From: Candidatus Bathyarchaeota archaeon
GTDB taxonomy: Archaea > Thermoproteota > Bathyarchaeia > Bathyarchaeales > Bathycorpusculaceae
Assembly: GCA_963720565.1 (NCBI GenBank)
Contig: CAVRFW010000009.1
Location: forward strand, 64,001-128,000
Reading direction: 5' to 3'
Length of the DNA: 64,000 nucleotides
Shown here: positions 10,684-19,805 of the stretch, piece after piece
Layout of the letters: the number at the start of each line of letters is the position of its first letter
Position numbering within the stretch: position 1 is the first letter of the stretch
The notes under the pieces: generated by a model
The model's database searches: none
The model's input: the letters and a program-made list of their open reading frames with translations, nothing else
Told to the model about the DNA's origin: nothing
Made by a program: the position numbers and the translations under genes

Positions 10684-12684
10684 CTAATAGATCACCTTGA
10701 TGACCCAAGCATTGTTTTCATTGAATGCAAGCTCATAATGAGGACTGCTTAGGAATAGATACGCATCATAGTTGTTTCTCCATTCTTGAACTTGAGCACT
10801 GACGCTATCGCTGAGATATATGTATGAGATATTGTATTTCTTCAAGATAGATAATGCCTCTGACGAGTTAGGATGTTTTGCGACGATAATGCTCTCATCT
10901 TGTCTTGCAAACATAATATTTGACCATCCAACTTCGGATATGCTCAATAACGGCATAACAATACGTCTGTGGCTGATTGTAGGTATCCAAGTACTTGGAG
11001 TTCCAATCCAGTGATCGTTGAAGATTACGGCGTTTTCATTTGTATTGTGCAAAATCCAAATTATTGCATTATAGTCGGCGGTAGCCATTCGGTTTGTTTG
11101 AAGACCGCTCACAAAGTCGTTGGTGGTTTCAGGTTTCCAGAATACGATCGTTGCTCCGAGAATAACTGTGGAAAAAAGAAGAGTTGCTACGAGAACAATG
11201 TGCCAATTAGTCTTTATCAGTTTGTATGAAGAGTTTGGAACTCTTTTCTTAAGGAAGTCATAAGCTTTGACAAAACCAATTCCGGTCAACACCGTAAAAG
11301 GCAATGATAGTGTGGGATTGAGGAATGTCCCTGATTGGAGATAGTACCAACCTGGGAAGTGAATCTTGAATATTTCATTCAATATTAGAAGAAATATGCT
11401 GAGAAACCATGCTAGGAGAAAGCTGCCAATTCTCCTTCTGACCCTGATAAGGAGTAAACCTAAAATCCCGAAAAGGAACAACCAGTAGCCATAATACATA
11501 AAGATGTTTGCAGAACCGATTTCACTTCGTAGCGAATACTTTTCAAACCACAACAAAAGCGTCTCATATTCCCTTGTGGGAACTTCAATTGTCAACCTAT
11601 TAAGAATGTTAAGAACCCACGGGGAAGACAGCGTAATTCCACTGGTAATGATTGCTGTTACCCCCAAAAGGCTTTCTTTCCTTTGTTTAAAAAAGATCAA
11701 TCCAAATGAAAAGAACAGAATAACAAAAAGTGTAGCGGTTATGAATGAAAGGGTGTAGGTTAAGAACAGACTTGCCAGTGTGATGCCTGCCAGTATTAAC
11801 AGTTTGCATTTCCCGGTAATTGAATAGAGATATGAAAAGAGTAGCAGACTCAAAGTTAATGATAACCCGACCAGTGCTGGAAATCGACCCGTAACTATCA
11901 TTTGATAGAAACTAACTGAGAGCAGAGCGGAGAAAATTGCTGAACAAAGTGCAACTCTGTAGTCATTTAATACTCTGCGTGTTAGGACAAATATTTCGCC
12001 ATGAATTATAGCAAAAAATGCCGAAAAAAAAGAAACAAGAGCTGGCATGGATACTGCTGGGTCCAGGAGGTAGAGAAAAGCTATTACTGACGGGTATCCT
12101 GGCGGATACGTGAATTGGGATTGCTCAGGAAAGTATGGTGCCCAAGATTGCGGTATTTCACCCTGCTGAACAATCATGGTCGCAGCCAATGTAGATGTAG
12201 CTGGATCATCACCCATGGGGATTAAAATTCCATTTTTTGGAAATGGAACAGATATTAGAACAATTGAAGCAATAATAGAAAGTATCAGGATAGAATATTT
12301 AGAAGAAAAGGTAAATGACCTGCAACTTGCTTTTCGCAGTTTCCCTTGTTTCCAAGAATATGCTAGCAAAGGAACCGATAATAAGAGTGTAGCTGTGATG
12401 ATCGCATATTCATTTATTGGCACATTTAGTAGTGTTAAATAGAGTGCCATCAATGACGTAAACGCTATTCCAATTACGGGGGAAAGAATTACTCTTTCTA
12501 AGAGGTCGAATTCGTCTGAGACTATCGCCTGTAGAATTGAAAAACCCGGAAGAAACAAAATGAATAAGACCCTGACCGTGACCGAGAGGGCAGCCGTACC
12601 TCCGACTAAGAACACAACAAGAACTAGAAAAAAACTAAGAACTATAGGTGCAAAATTTGGTCTTTGCTCATATCGGAGGCGCAT
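10684..12684 (-). CDS. GT-C-like polytopic membrane protein (DUF1616/DUF6541-like)
   Basis: LFLPGF...LERVILS N-terminal module, GDDPA...YPPGYP loop, DYNAIIWILHNT and LKKYNISYIYL C-terminal motifs. Confidence 0.65.
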   Translation of the reverse strand: MRLRYEQRPNFAPIVLSFFLVLVVFLVGGTAALSVTVRVLFILFLPGFSILQAIVSDEFDLLERVILSPVIGIAFTSLMALYLTLLNVPINEYAIITATLLLSVPLLAYSWKQGKLRKASCRSFTFSSKYSILILSIIASIVLISVPFPKNGILIPMGDDPATSTLAATMIVQQGEIPQSWAPYFPEQSQFTYPPGYPSVIAFLYLLDPAVSMPALVSFFSAFFAIIHGEIFVLTRRVLNDYRVALCSAIFSALLSVSFYQMIVTGRFPALVGLSLTLSLLLFSYLYSITGKCKLLILAGITLASLFLTYTLSFITATLFVILFFSFGLIFFKQRKESLLGVTAIITSGITLSSPWVLNILNRLTIEVPTREYETLLLWFEKYSLRSEIGSANIFMYYGYWLFLFGILGLLLIRVRRRIGSFLLAWFLSIFLLILNEIFKIHFPGWYYLQSGTFLNPTLSLPFTVLTGIGFVKAYDFLKKRVPNSSYKLIKTNWHIVLVATLLFSTVILGATIVFWKPETTNDFVSGLQTNRMATADYNAIIWILHNTNENAVIFNDHWIGTPSTWIPTISHRRIVMPLLSISEVGWSNIMFARQDESIIVAKHPNSSEALSILKKYNISYIYLSDSVSAQVQEWRNNYDAYLFLSSPHYELAFNENNAWVIKVIY

Positions 12685-12851
12685 TGAAAGTACCTTTTCA
12701 GCTTCCTACTGAAACATTTACCTTCTGTAGGGGCTACTAATAGTTAAATCCTTACTAATTCAAGTTTTTCCAGTAGCGTATATTTGCCGCCTAGACTTAA
12801 CACGGGTTTTAGTCAAACAGCAAGTTTTATTGCTGAAGCTTAAAGTTAAGT

Positions 12852-14039
12852 GTGATAGGCATTAAGCATGTGGTAAGAGGTTCGGTGACGTTGAGGAAAC
12901 ACTGGTTTCACATATCCTTGATTCTATGTATTGCTCTGCCGATAATGACGTTAGTTTTTCTAGATTACTATGACTTGGAGGGTTATAACTACCGTTATAA
13001 CGGTGAAACAGGGAGCTTTGAAAGCTGGCCTAACATGTATTTTAATGAAAGCTTTCTTTTCGAGTTGACTTGGAAAGGCCGCATGTTCCTGCTGGTGTTT
13101 CTTTGGATTCTTTTGGTTGAGTCAGCAATTGATTGGAAAAAACTTATGGATGAAAAACCAGAGAGTCGCAGCGTTATGCTTGCTTCCATAGTCTGCGCGT
13201 TTATTCCGACGGTGTATGTGTTGGCGACCAGTTTTTTTGGGTTTGATTTGACAGTTTTGAGAATAGGGCAGGAGGTTTTTGGTATTCGAAGTGTCACCAG
13301 TGCGAATGAACCTTGGGACTTTCTGCATTTGCAATGGCCTATATCATGCGAGTACATAGTTTTTGCAGTGTTTTTTATTGGCGCGGTAATGTTGGCTTAT
13401 AGAACTAAGGGATTGAAAAGCCTCTCCATTTCTTTAGCTCTTCTCGGAGGAATAGGCGTTGCATACATGTTTGACACTATTTACCCCTTTGGCATTTTTC
13501 GACCTCTTCAAGCGTTTGCTCTTCCCACGTCTGCGGTAGCCGCTGCCCTCTTTGACCTTTTGGGATACACGGTGCGGTTAGTTTTTCCAGTATACAGTGT
13601 TGAGTCTTATCTTCCAGCTTTAACGGTTACTGCGGGTGAAAGAACCGCTTCTGTTACAATTGCCTGGGCTTGTGCGGGGGTTCAAAGTTTGCTGCTTTAT
13701 CTTGTGATAATTCTTGTTTTCTTCAAGAAAGCGGATATTTCAGCTTTCCGGAAACTGGCGTATTTTATTATAGGCCTCTTCGGCACTTTCTTTGTGAACG
13801 TTCTCAGGGTGTTCTCGATTCTTATTGTTATGCTCGATTATGGCAAAGAGGCTGGAGAGATTTTCCATAATACATATGGCGAAATATACTCTGTCATCTG
13901 GATTTTGCTGTTTATCCTGCTGATTGGTTTTATTGAAAGATTCATGTTGGTCGAGAGGACAAAGCATGCTTTTCACATGGTCAGCGATTATCTTGGAGCT
14001 GCAAAAAACAAGATTTTTGCGCTGCGGCGTCAACTTTGA
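12852..14039 (+). CDS. Archaeosortase/exosortase family transpeptidase (thaumarchaeosortase-like); alternative start TTG 12891
   Basis: Multi-TM protein with the family's catalytic residues: IAWACAGVQSL (Cys codon at 13671), VNVLRV (Arg), IFHNTYGE (His). Confidence 0.85.
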   Translation: MIGIKHVVRGSVTLRKHWFHISLILCIALPIMTLVFLDYYDLEGYNYRYNGETGSFESWPNMYFNESFLFELTWKGRMFLLVFLWILLVESAIDWKKLMDEKPESRSVMLASIVCAFIPTVYVLATSFFGFDLTVLRIGQEVFGIRSVTSANEPWDFLHLQWPISCEYIVFAVFFIGAVMLAYRTKGLKSLSISLALLGGIGVAYMFDTIYPFGIFRPLQAFALPTSAVAAALFDLLGYTVRLVFPVYSVESYLPALTVTAGERTASVTIAWACAGVQSLLLYLVIILVFFKKADISAFRKLAYFIIGLFGTFFVNVLRVFSILIVMLDYGKEAGEIFHNTYGEIYSVIWILLFILLIGFIERFMLVERTKHAFHMVSDYLGAAKNKIFALRRQL

Positions 14040-14097
14040 CTCTGTTTTTGTTTTGTGAATATTTCAGTTTCGTTTTCTTTTGATACTAATTAGAATG

Positions 14098-15264
14098 CTA
14101 AGTCTTTCCGTACTTTCTAAACAGTAGTATTCCTACAAGCAATGTAGCAATGCTTACAACCGATACCACTATGATGTCCAGCATTATCGTGGGACTGTTT
14201 ACTGGTGCTCCCCTCAAAAACAGAGAAGTCAAGGCGTCGGTTACATAGTAGCTTGGAACGAACTTGCCTGCGGACTGGGCAACTGCGGACAATGCGGAGC
14301 CAACGAAAGTCCCCAAAAACATTTGTGGCATTATAAAAATAAAAGCTAATCCTGTTGCTGCTCCTGATGATTTTGCCAGGGTCGCGGTTATCAAGCCAAA
14401 CCCCACGTTGCAGAGAGAGAAGATCAAGACTATGACGAAAGCCACCACAAATGTGACAGCGTCACCCTTTGGACGATAACCAACAATGTATGCCATTAGA
14501 AAAACAATAACCGCCTGGACAAGAGCACTGACCATGTTTGAAATGACTTGACTAGACATTACTTCTGATGCAGTTGTGGGTGTGACCATGATTCTTCTCA
14601 GCAGTCCAGACTCTCTGTCATCGGCAAAAGACTGTGCAACTATCATAATTAGAAAAATTGACGCAAAAGCGAACAGTCCAGGTGCAAAAAACTCGAATGT
14701 TGTCGTGATGGTTGCTTTAACCATAGAGGGATTGCTTATTTGAACGGGTATAGCTGCTGACTTGGTTTGTTTTCCAAATATGGTTTCAGTTAATGTCTGC
14801 TGGATTATCGGTTGAATTGCCTGTGTGGCAAACATTGACCCGCTGTCCACATAGACTTGAAGGGTTGTGTTGACCCACTGGTTCGGCTTGTCTGGTGCGA
14901 GCCAGTACGAGCTGCAACTTTGTTCGAAATCTTCTGGAACCTGAATTATGGCTGAGATTTTTCCCTGTACAAGATCGGTCTGTGCAGTCTCGTTATCTGG
15001 ATAGAATTGAATCTCCAGAATTTCTAGCTCTGTGAGATTTCCAATTAGAGATTGTGTCCATATCTGACTTTGCTCAGCGGGGGCATCGTCTACTACGCCA
15101 AGAATGTAAGTAGCTGACTGGCTTCCACCAATTCCGCCGAAAGCTAATCCAAAAGTAAGGGTCATTACTGCTGGAAAAAGAATAATCATGAACAGTACTG
15201 CTGGCTCTCTGATTAGTTTTTTCAAATCCTTTCTGGCGAGAGCAAAGACTCGTTGGAAATTCAT
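14098..15264 (-). CDS. ABC-2 type exporter permease
   Basis: ARKDLKKLIREP, DDRESGLLRRIMVTP; about 6 TM plus a large extracellular loop. Confidence 0.9.
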   Translation of the reverse strand: MNFQRVFALARKDLKKLIREPAVLFMIILFPAVMTLTFGLAFGGIGGSQSATYILGVVDDAPAEQSQIWTQSLIGNLTELEILEIQFYPDNETAQTDLVQGKISAIIQVPEDFEQSCSSYWLAPDKPNQWVNTTLQVYVDSGSMFATQAIQPIIQQTLTETIFGKQTKSAAIPVQISNPSMVKATITTTFEFFAPGLFAFASIFLIMIVAQSFADDRESGLLRRIMVTPTTASEVMSSQVISNMVSALVQAVIVFLMAYIVGYRPKGDAVTFVVAFVIVLIFSLCNVGFGLITATLAKSSGAATGLAFIFIMPQMFLGTFVGSALSAVAQSAGKFVPSYYVTDALTSLFLRGAPVNSPTIMLDIIVVSVVSIATLLVGILLFRKYGKT

Positions 15265-15265
15265 G

Positions 15266-16012
15266 CTACACTTCTTCCCTTATCTTTCGGCCTGTCAGCC
15301 TTATGAAGACCTCTTCCAGATCATTTGCTTTGAACTCGTCCTTAAGTTGCCTCGGAGAACCTAAGGCAATCAGTCTACCGTGATCTATTATTCCGATACG
15401 ATCACAAAGCTCCTCTGCCTCTTCCATGTAGTGCGTGGTTAGAATAATCGTTTTTCCTTTCTTCCTTAACTCTCTGGTGAAATCCCAAACTGCGTGACGA
15501 GACTGAGGATCCATTGCAACAGTAGGCTCGTCGAGAAAAGCTATCTGGGGATCATGAACCAATGCCATGATGAGATTAATCCGCCGCTTCATTCCCCCAC
15601 TGTATTTTCCCAAGCGTCTGTCCGCATCTTCCCAAAGCCCCAGCTTTTCAAGAAGCTCATTGGTGTTCTTCTTCAGTTTCTCCTTGGGCATTGTGTGGAG
15701 ATTTCCAAACAACTCAACATTTTCTCTTCCAGACAAGAAGGGATAAGCTACTGCCTCCTGCGGGCAAACTCCAATAATCCTCTTGACCTTCGCAGCTTCT
15801 TTTAGGACGTTCAGGCCTCCAACATAAACCGAACCGCTGGTTGGCTTCAGCAAACCGCAGAGCGTGTTTATAACAGTTGATTTTCCCGCGCCATTCGGCC
15901 CCAACAAGCCGAAGAGTTCACCTTTCTCAATTTTGAGGCTGATTCCGTCTACCGCAATGACGTCCTCGAAATTCTTAGTCAGATTTTCTATCGCTATTTC
16001 TGACTCTTTCAA
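15266..16012 (-). CDS. ABC exporter ATP-binding subunit (DrrA-like)
   Basis: GPNGAGKS, YSGGMKRR, FLDEPT, TTHYMEEAE. Confidence 0.95.
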   Translation of the reverse strand: MKESEIAIENLTKNFEDVIAVDGISLKIEKGELFGLLGPNGAGKSTVINTLCGLLKPTSGSVYVGGLNVLKEAAKVKRIIGVCPQEAVAYPFLSGRENVELFGNLHTMPKEKLKKNTNELLEKLGLWEDADRRLGKYSGGMKRRINLIMALVHDPQIAFLDEPTVAMDPQSRHAVWDFTRELRKKGKTIILTTHYMEEAEELCDRIGIIDHGRLIALGSPRQLKDEFKANDLEEVFIRLTGRKIREEV

Positions 16013-16223
16013 TTCTTTCTCCTTAACTCAGAAACTACCGATAGACTATTTATCACTTTTCACCTCACCCGAACCTTCAAGTGGTCCCATCAGCCTTATA
16101 GGCGGAATCTGATGTTAACTTGGAAGAAAGAATAGCTGGTCCACAAGAAAAAGAGGTTGACTCTCCCTTGCTTCATCTTGATAGTGAATCGTGGGGAAGG
16201 CGGACTTGAAAGCTTGAATTCTG

Positions 16224-17073
16224 CTAGGATGTGTTTCTTTGTATGAATGCTTTTACAGCTACGGCGAGATTTTCACAGGCAATTCGCCGATCGTTCTTGG
16301 AACTGTCAATATCTAAACCTTCAATCTGCTTTTCAAGATTCTGCTTCTCTTCAATCATGACTTGTTTCTCGTTTTCGTATTCATCCCCAAGTTTTCTCTG
16401 ACTCTCATGAAAATTCCTATCAACCAATTCCAGTTCTTTCCTAGCGGAATCGAGTCTTGAAACCACATCTGTCATTTTCTTGGCCTTGGCTCTTCTTGAA
16501 GCGAGGCTAAAAATGTTTGCTTTGATTTGTTTGGTCTGGTCAAATTCTTGTTCAAGTTCACTTACAACTCGGGTTAAACGCTGATTTTCACTGTTCCTTC
16601 TTGAGGCCAGGTTTCCGGACGCAGTAGCGTATTCCATGTCTCTCTGTGTTTGAAGCTGATTCTTTTCTGCAAGTTTTCTTACGGCTTCTCCAAGAACAGT
16701 CTCTTCGCGTCGTCTATTGGCAAATTCTTGCTCAATAATTGAGATTATTCGTGAGCGCTCGTTCTATGAACCAATCGTCAAGTTTGACCGCTGGATTTGA
16801 CTCAAATTCAGATATGACGCTTTCAAGGCTGATTATCCAATCATTAAAATATTGGCTGAATGGAGAAAAAGCAAAGATCTGATTTCCCAAACTTTGCAGT
16901 CTATTAAGCGTTTTTTCAACAATTTTTTCGGCTGTGGGACTCTGGTCCTCTTCTATAACATATCTCTCGGCGGATCGGTGTTGATGTCCTTTAGTTTTCG
17001 ACTTTTCGTGGTGCGTTTTCGATGTTGCTCGTCCGGTTCCATGCCGTGCGCTCCTTTGGGGTCGATAGCTCAT
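16224..17073 (-). CDS. Hypothetical coiled-coil protein with basic N-terminus; frameshift near 16760
   Basis: ORF 16732..17073 continues after a 1-nt shift as ERSRIISIIEQEFANRRREE...QRDMEY into ORF 16224..16637. Confidence 0.6.
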
Positions 17074-17158
17074 TTCGCGAACCTTCCTATTTCGTGATGA
17101 TTAATGTGATTTTAATTGTTAAGAGTTTCTGCTACCCTCAAATCCTTGTTACCTAAGG

Positions 17159-17800
17159 CTAAAGCGGATATCTGCATGGAACAAGCTTGCAGAGCATCCC
17201 GTGAGCGCTCTTCTTTCCCAGTTCAAATGCCTTCAAATTCTGTTCAACCGTTTTCTTCGGTACCGCGTCTGAAATGCTCTCTCTAATGAAGTTCTCCTCA
17301 ACTGGAAACGCTTCAAGTGCCGATAAACACCCGAGGAAAACCGTGTTTTCAGTGTTTATGTTTCCGCTTTCTCTAGCCAGAGCCAAGGCATCAACCACTG
17401 CTATCTTGTTTGTCCATTTCCTCAGGTTTGAAACGACATCTTCGAGTGTAATGTACTTCGTTCCTTTCGAAGCAACAATTCTTGCGGTTTCTACCGGCGG
17501 ATGCATAACCCTGCTATTCATAAGAACTATTCCATCCTTCTTCAAGTACTCCAAGTAACGCAGAGCTTCGATAGCTTCAAGTGCCAGAAGTACATCTGCC
17601 CCTCCATAGGGAATAAGAGGAGAAAACACGTCTTCGCCAATTCTCAAATGCACGGAAACAGCTCCGCTTCTCTGGCTCAGCCCGTACATTTCCCCAGTGA
17701 CTACCTTCCTGCCCTTCTTGACACATGCGTCACCTATCACGCTCGTTAAAAGCACAAGTCCCTGTCCGCCGACACCGCAAATAAAGATGTTAAGACTCAT
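17159..17800 (-). CDS. iorB: Indolepyruvate:ferredoxin oxidoreductase beta subunit
   Basis: MSLNIFICGVGGQG, GEMYGLSQRSGAV; ATGA overlap with iorA stop. Confidence 0.9.
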   Translation of the reverse strand: MSLNIFICGVGGQGLVLLTSVIGDACVKKGRKVVTGEMYGLSQRSGAVSVHLRIGEDVFSPLIPYGGADVLLALEAIEALRYLEYLKKDGIVLMNSRVMHPPVETARIVASKGTKYITLEDVVSNLRKWTNKIAVVDALALARESGNINTENTVFLGCLSALEAFPVEENFIRESISDAVPKKTVEQNLKAFELGKKSAHGMLCKLVPCRYPL

Positions 17801-19698
17801 TTTTCCGCCTCCACACGTTTTATTGACTGAATCGGGCAGAGTTTTGAGCAGACAGAGCATCCATCGCATATATCCGCAGAAATTCGCGGTTGTTGTTCAT
17901 CATCAATTTCATACGCCGGACAATAGAATGTTCTTAAGCAAACATACGGTCTCTTGCAAATTTGCTTATCAACATAAAAAGGAACAATCTTTTCGCCCCT
18001 TCTCCTTTTATTCCGGTCGCCGTATAGAGCGCACTCTCTTCTGGATATAACAACAGCAAGTCCATCGTACTCCAATGCCTTTCTGAACACTTCTACATTG
18101 TTCTTAACGTCGTAAGAGTCTACTATCTCGAGGAATTCGACCCCTATTGCCTTGCAGATGTTCTCTATGGAAACCTTTTTCCCCTGTCGCCCACCAGCCG
18201 TGAACTCGGTTGATGGATTAGACTGCTGTCCAGTCATAGCCGTCACAGAATTATCCAAAATCACTAATGTGAACTTGTTTCCGTTGTGAACTGCGTCGAT
18301 GAGCGCAGGAATAGCCGCGTGATAGAACGTAGAGTCTCCAACCGCCGCCACAACTCTCTCTTCAATCACATGTGACAAACCATTAGCTACTCCTACTGAA
18401 GCGCCCATGCAAAGAGAGCTATCCGTCATCGATATTGGCGGGAACACCCACATAGAGTAACAGCCTATGTCATTCGAAAAGTAATGCTCTTGCCCCTTAG
18501 ACGCTTGAATTCTAAGCGCTTGACTAAGCGCGACGAATGTAGCCCTGTGTGGGCAACCTGCACAGAACGTTGGATACCTATCCGGGATTGTTGACTTGAA
18601 CTGTTTCGCCTCTTGGACAATCTGCTCGTATCCAGGGTATGCAATATCTAGTGCCGCTGCAATTCCCTTGGCAACGATGCTGGGGTTGTATTCCCAAGCC
18701 TCTGAAAAAGTCCCTGAACTCTTTCCGAAAATCTTAAGTGACGAGTTGATGTCCTTCGCCAAAACGAATATCTCCTTTTCCAAGTAAGGTGAAAGCTCCT
18801 CGACGACAATTACTTCATTCAAGGTTCTAATGAAATTGGCTATTGTTTCTTTGGGAAGCGGGTAAGTGGTACCTAGTTTCAATATTCTGACTTTGTCGTT
18901 GAGGTATAGCATCTTCAATGCTTCAAGCACGTAAAGGTACGAGACAGAAGACGTTACAATTCCAACCTTAGACTCCGAATTATGTGTTAGATTGAACTCA
19001 GACTTCTCAAACTCTTGCAATAATCTTGCCGAACGCTCCAACATCCTAAGCTTCTTCTGTCGAGCAACTTCTCCGAGTGTTGTGTACTCTTCTTTCAACT
19101 CTTTCCACTTGACTTTCTTGAATTCGCTCCTTTCTATGTTGTCTAACTTGACGATTCCGCTTTGATGGTTTACCCGTGTAACCGTGCGGATTATCACGGG
19201 AACCCTGTGTCTTTCCGAGATTTCGAATGCTTTTTTTACCATGTCCTTAGCTTCTTGAGGCGTAGAAGGTTCAAGCATAGGCAAGTAAGTGTTCGGTGCG
19301 AAAAATCTGCCGTCCTCCTCTGACTGAGAAGAGTGCGCATGGGGGTCATCCGCCATGACTATGACAAGTCCTCCCCTCACGCCAGTGTAGCCGAGGACGA
19401 AGAGCATGTCAGAAGCAACGTTTGCTCCGACACTCTTCATGGCTGTAAGGCTTCTTACACCGGCAAAAGCTGCGCCTGCGCATATTTCAAGGGCAACCTT
19501 CTCGTTAGTGGCGATTTCCATCTGATAGTCAAAGCTCCCCAGCGCGTCGGAAAAAGTGTCCAGAATTTCTGAAGCGGGTGCACCTGGATAGAAAGCGACG
19601 ACTTTTACGTCTGCTTCCAATGCGCCCCTCGCAATCGCTTCATTGCAGAGCATGAAAGCGTTTTTGTTTTCTTTAGATAGCACGTCTTTTAGAACCAT
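17797..19698 (-). CDS. iorA: Indolepyruvate:ferredoxin oxidoreductase alpha subunit
   Basis: NEAIARGA, YPGAPASEI, NEKVALE, FCAGCPHR, DIGCY, GDSTFYH, DNSVTAMTGQQ, C-terminal ferredoxin. Confidence 0.95.
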   Translation of the reverse strand: MVLKDVLSKENKNAFMLCNEAIARGALEADVKVVAFYPGAPASEILDTFSDALGSFDYQMEIATNEKVALEICAGAAFAGVRSLTAMKSVGANVASDMLFVLGYTGVRGGLVIVMADDPHAHSSQSEEDGRFFAPNTYLPMLEPSTPQEAKDMVKKAFEISERHRVPVIIRTVTRVNHQSGIVKLDNIERSEFKKVKWKELKEEYTTLGEVARQKKLRMLERSARLLQEFEKSEFNLTHNSESKVGIVTSSVSYLYVLEALKMLYLNDKVRILKLGTTYPLPKETIANFIRTLNEVIVVEELSPYLEKEIFVLAKDINSSLKIFGKSSGTFSEAWEYNPSIVAKGIAAALDIAYPGYEQIVQEAKQFKSTIPDRYPTFCAGCPHRATFVALSQALRIQASKGQEHYFSNDIGCYSMWVFPPISMTDSSLCMGASVGVANGLSHVIEERVVAAVGDSTFYHAAIPALIDAVHNGNKFTLVILDNSVTAMTGQQSNPSTEFTAGGRQGKKVSIENICKAIGVEFLEIVDSYDVKNNVEVFRKALEYDGLAVVISRRECALYGDRNKRRRGEKIVPFYVDKQICKRPYVCLRTFYCPAYEIDDEQQPRISADICDGCSVCSKLCPIQSIKRVEAEK

Positions 19699-19805
19699 AA
19701 ATACAGTTTGTCTTGACTGGTAATAAGTTTAGTGCAAGCAGCGCGTTAGAGAGAAAAGGTGTTGAACAACGATATATTTAAACGCCTTACATCAAGATAT
19801 TAATT

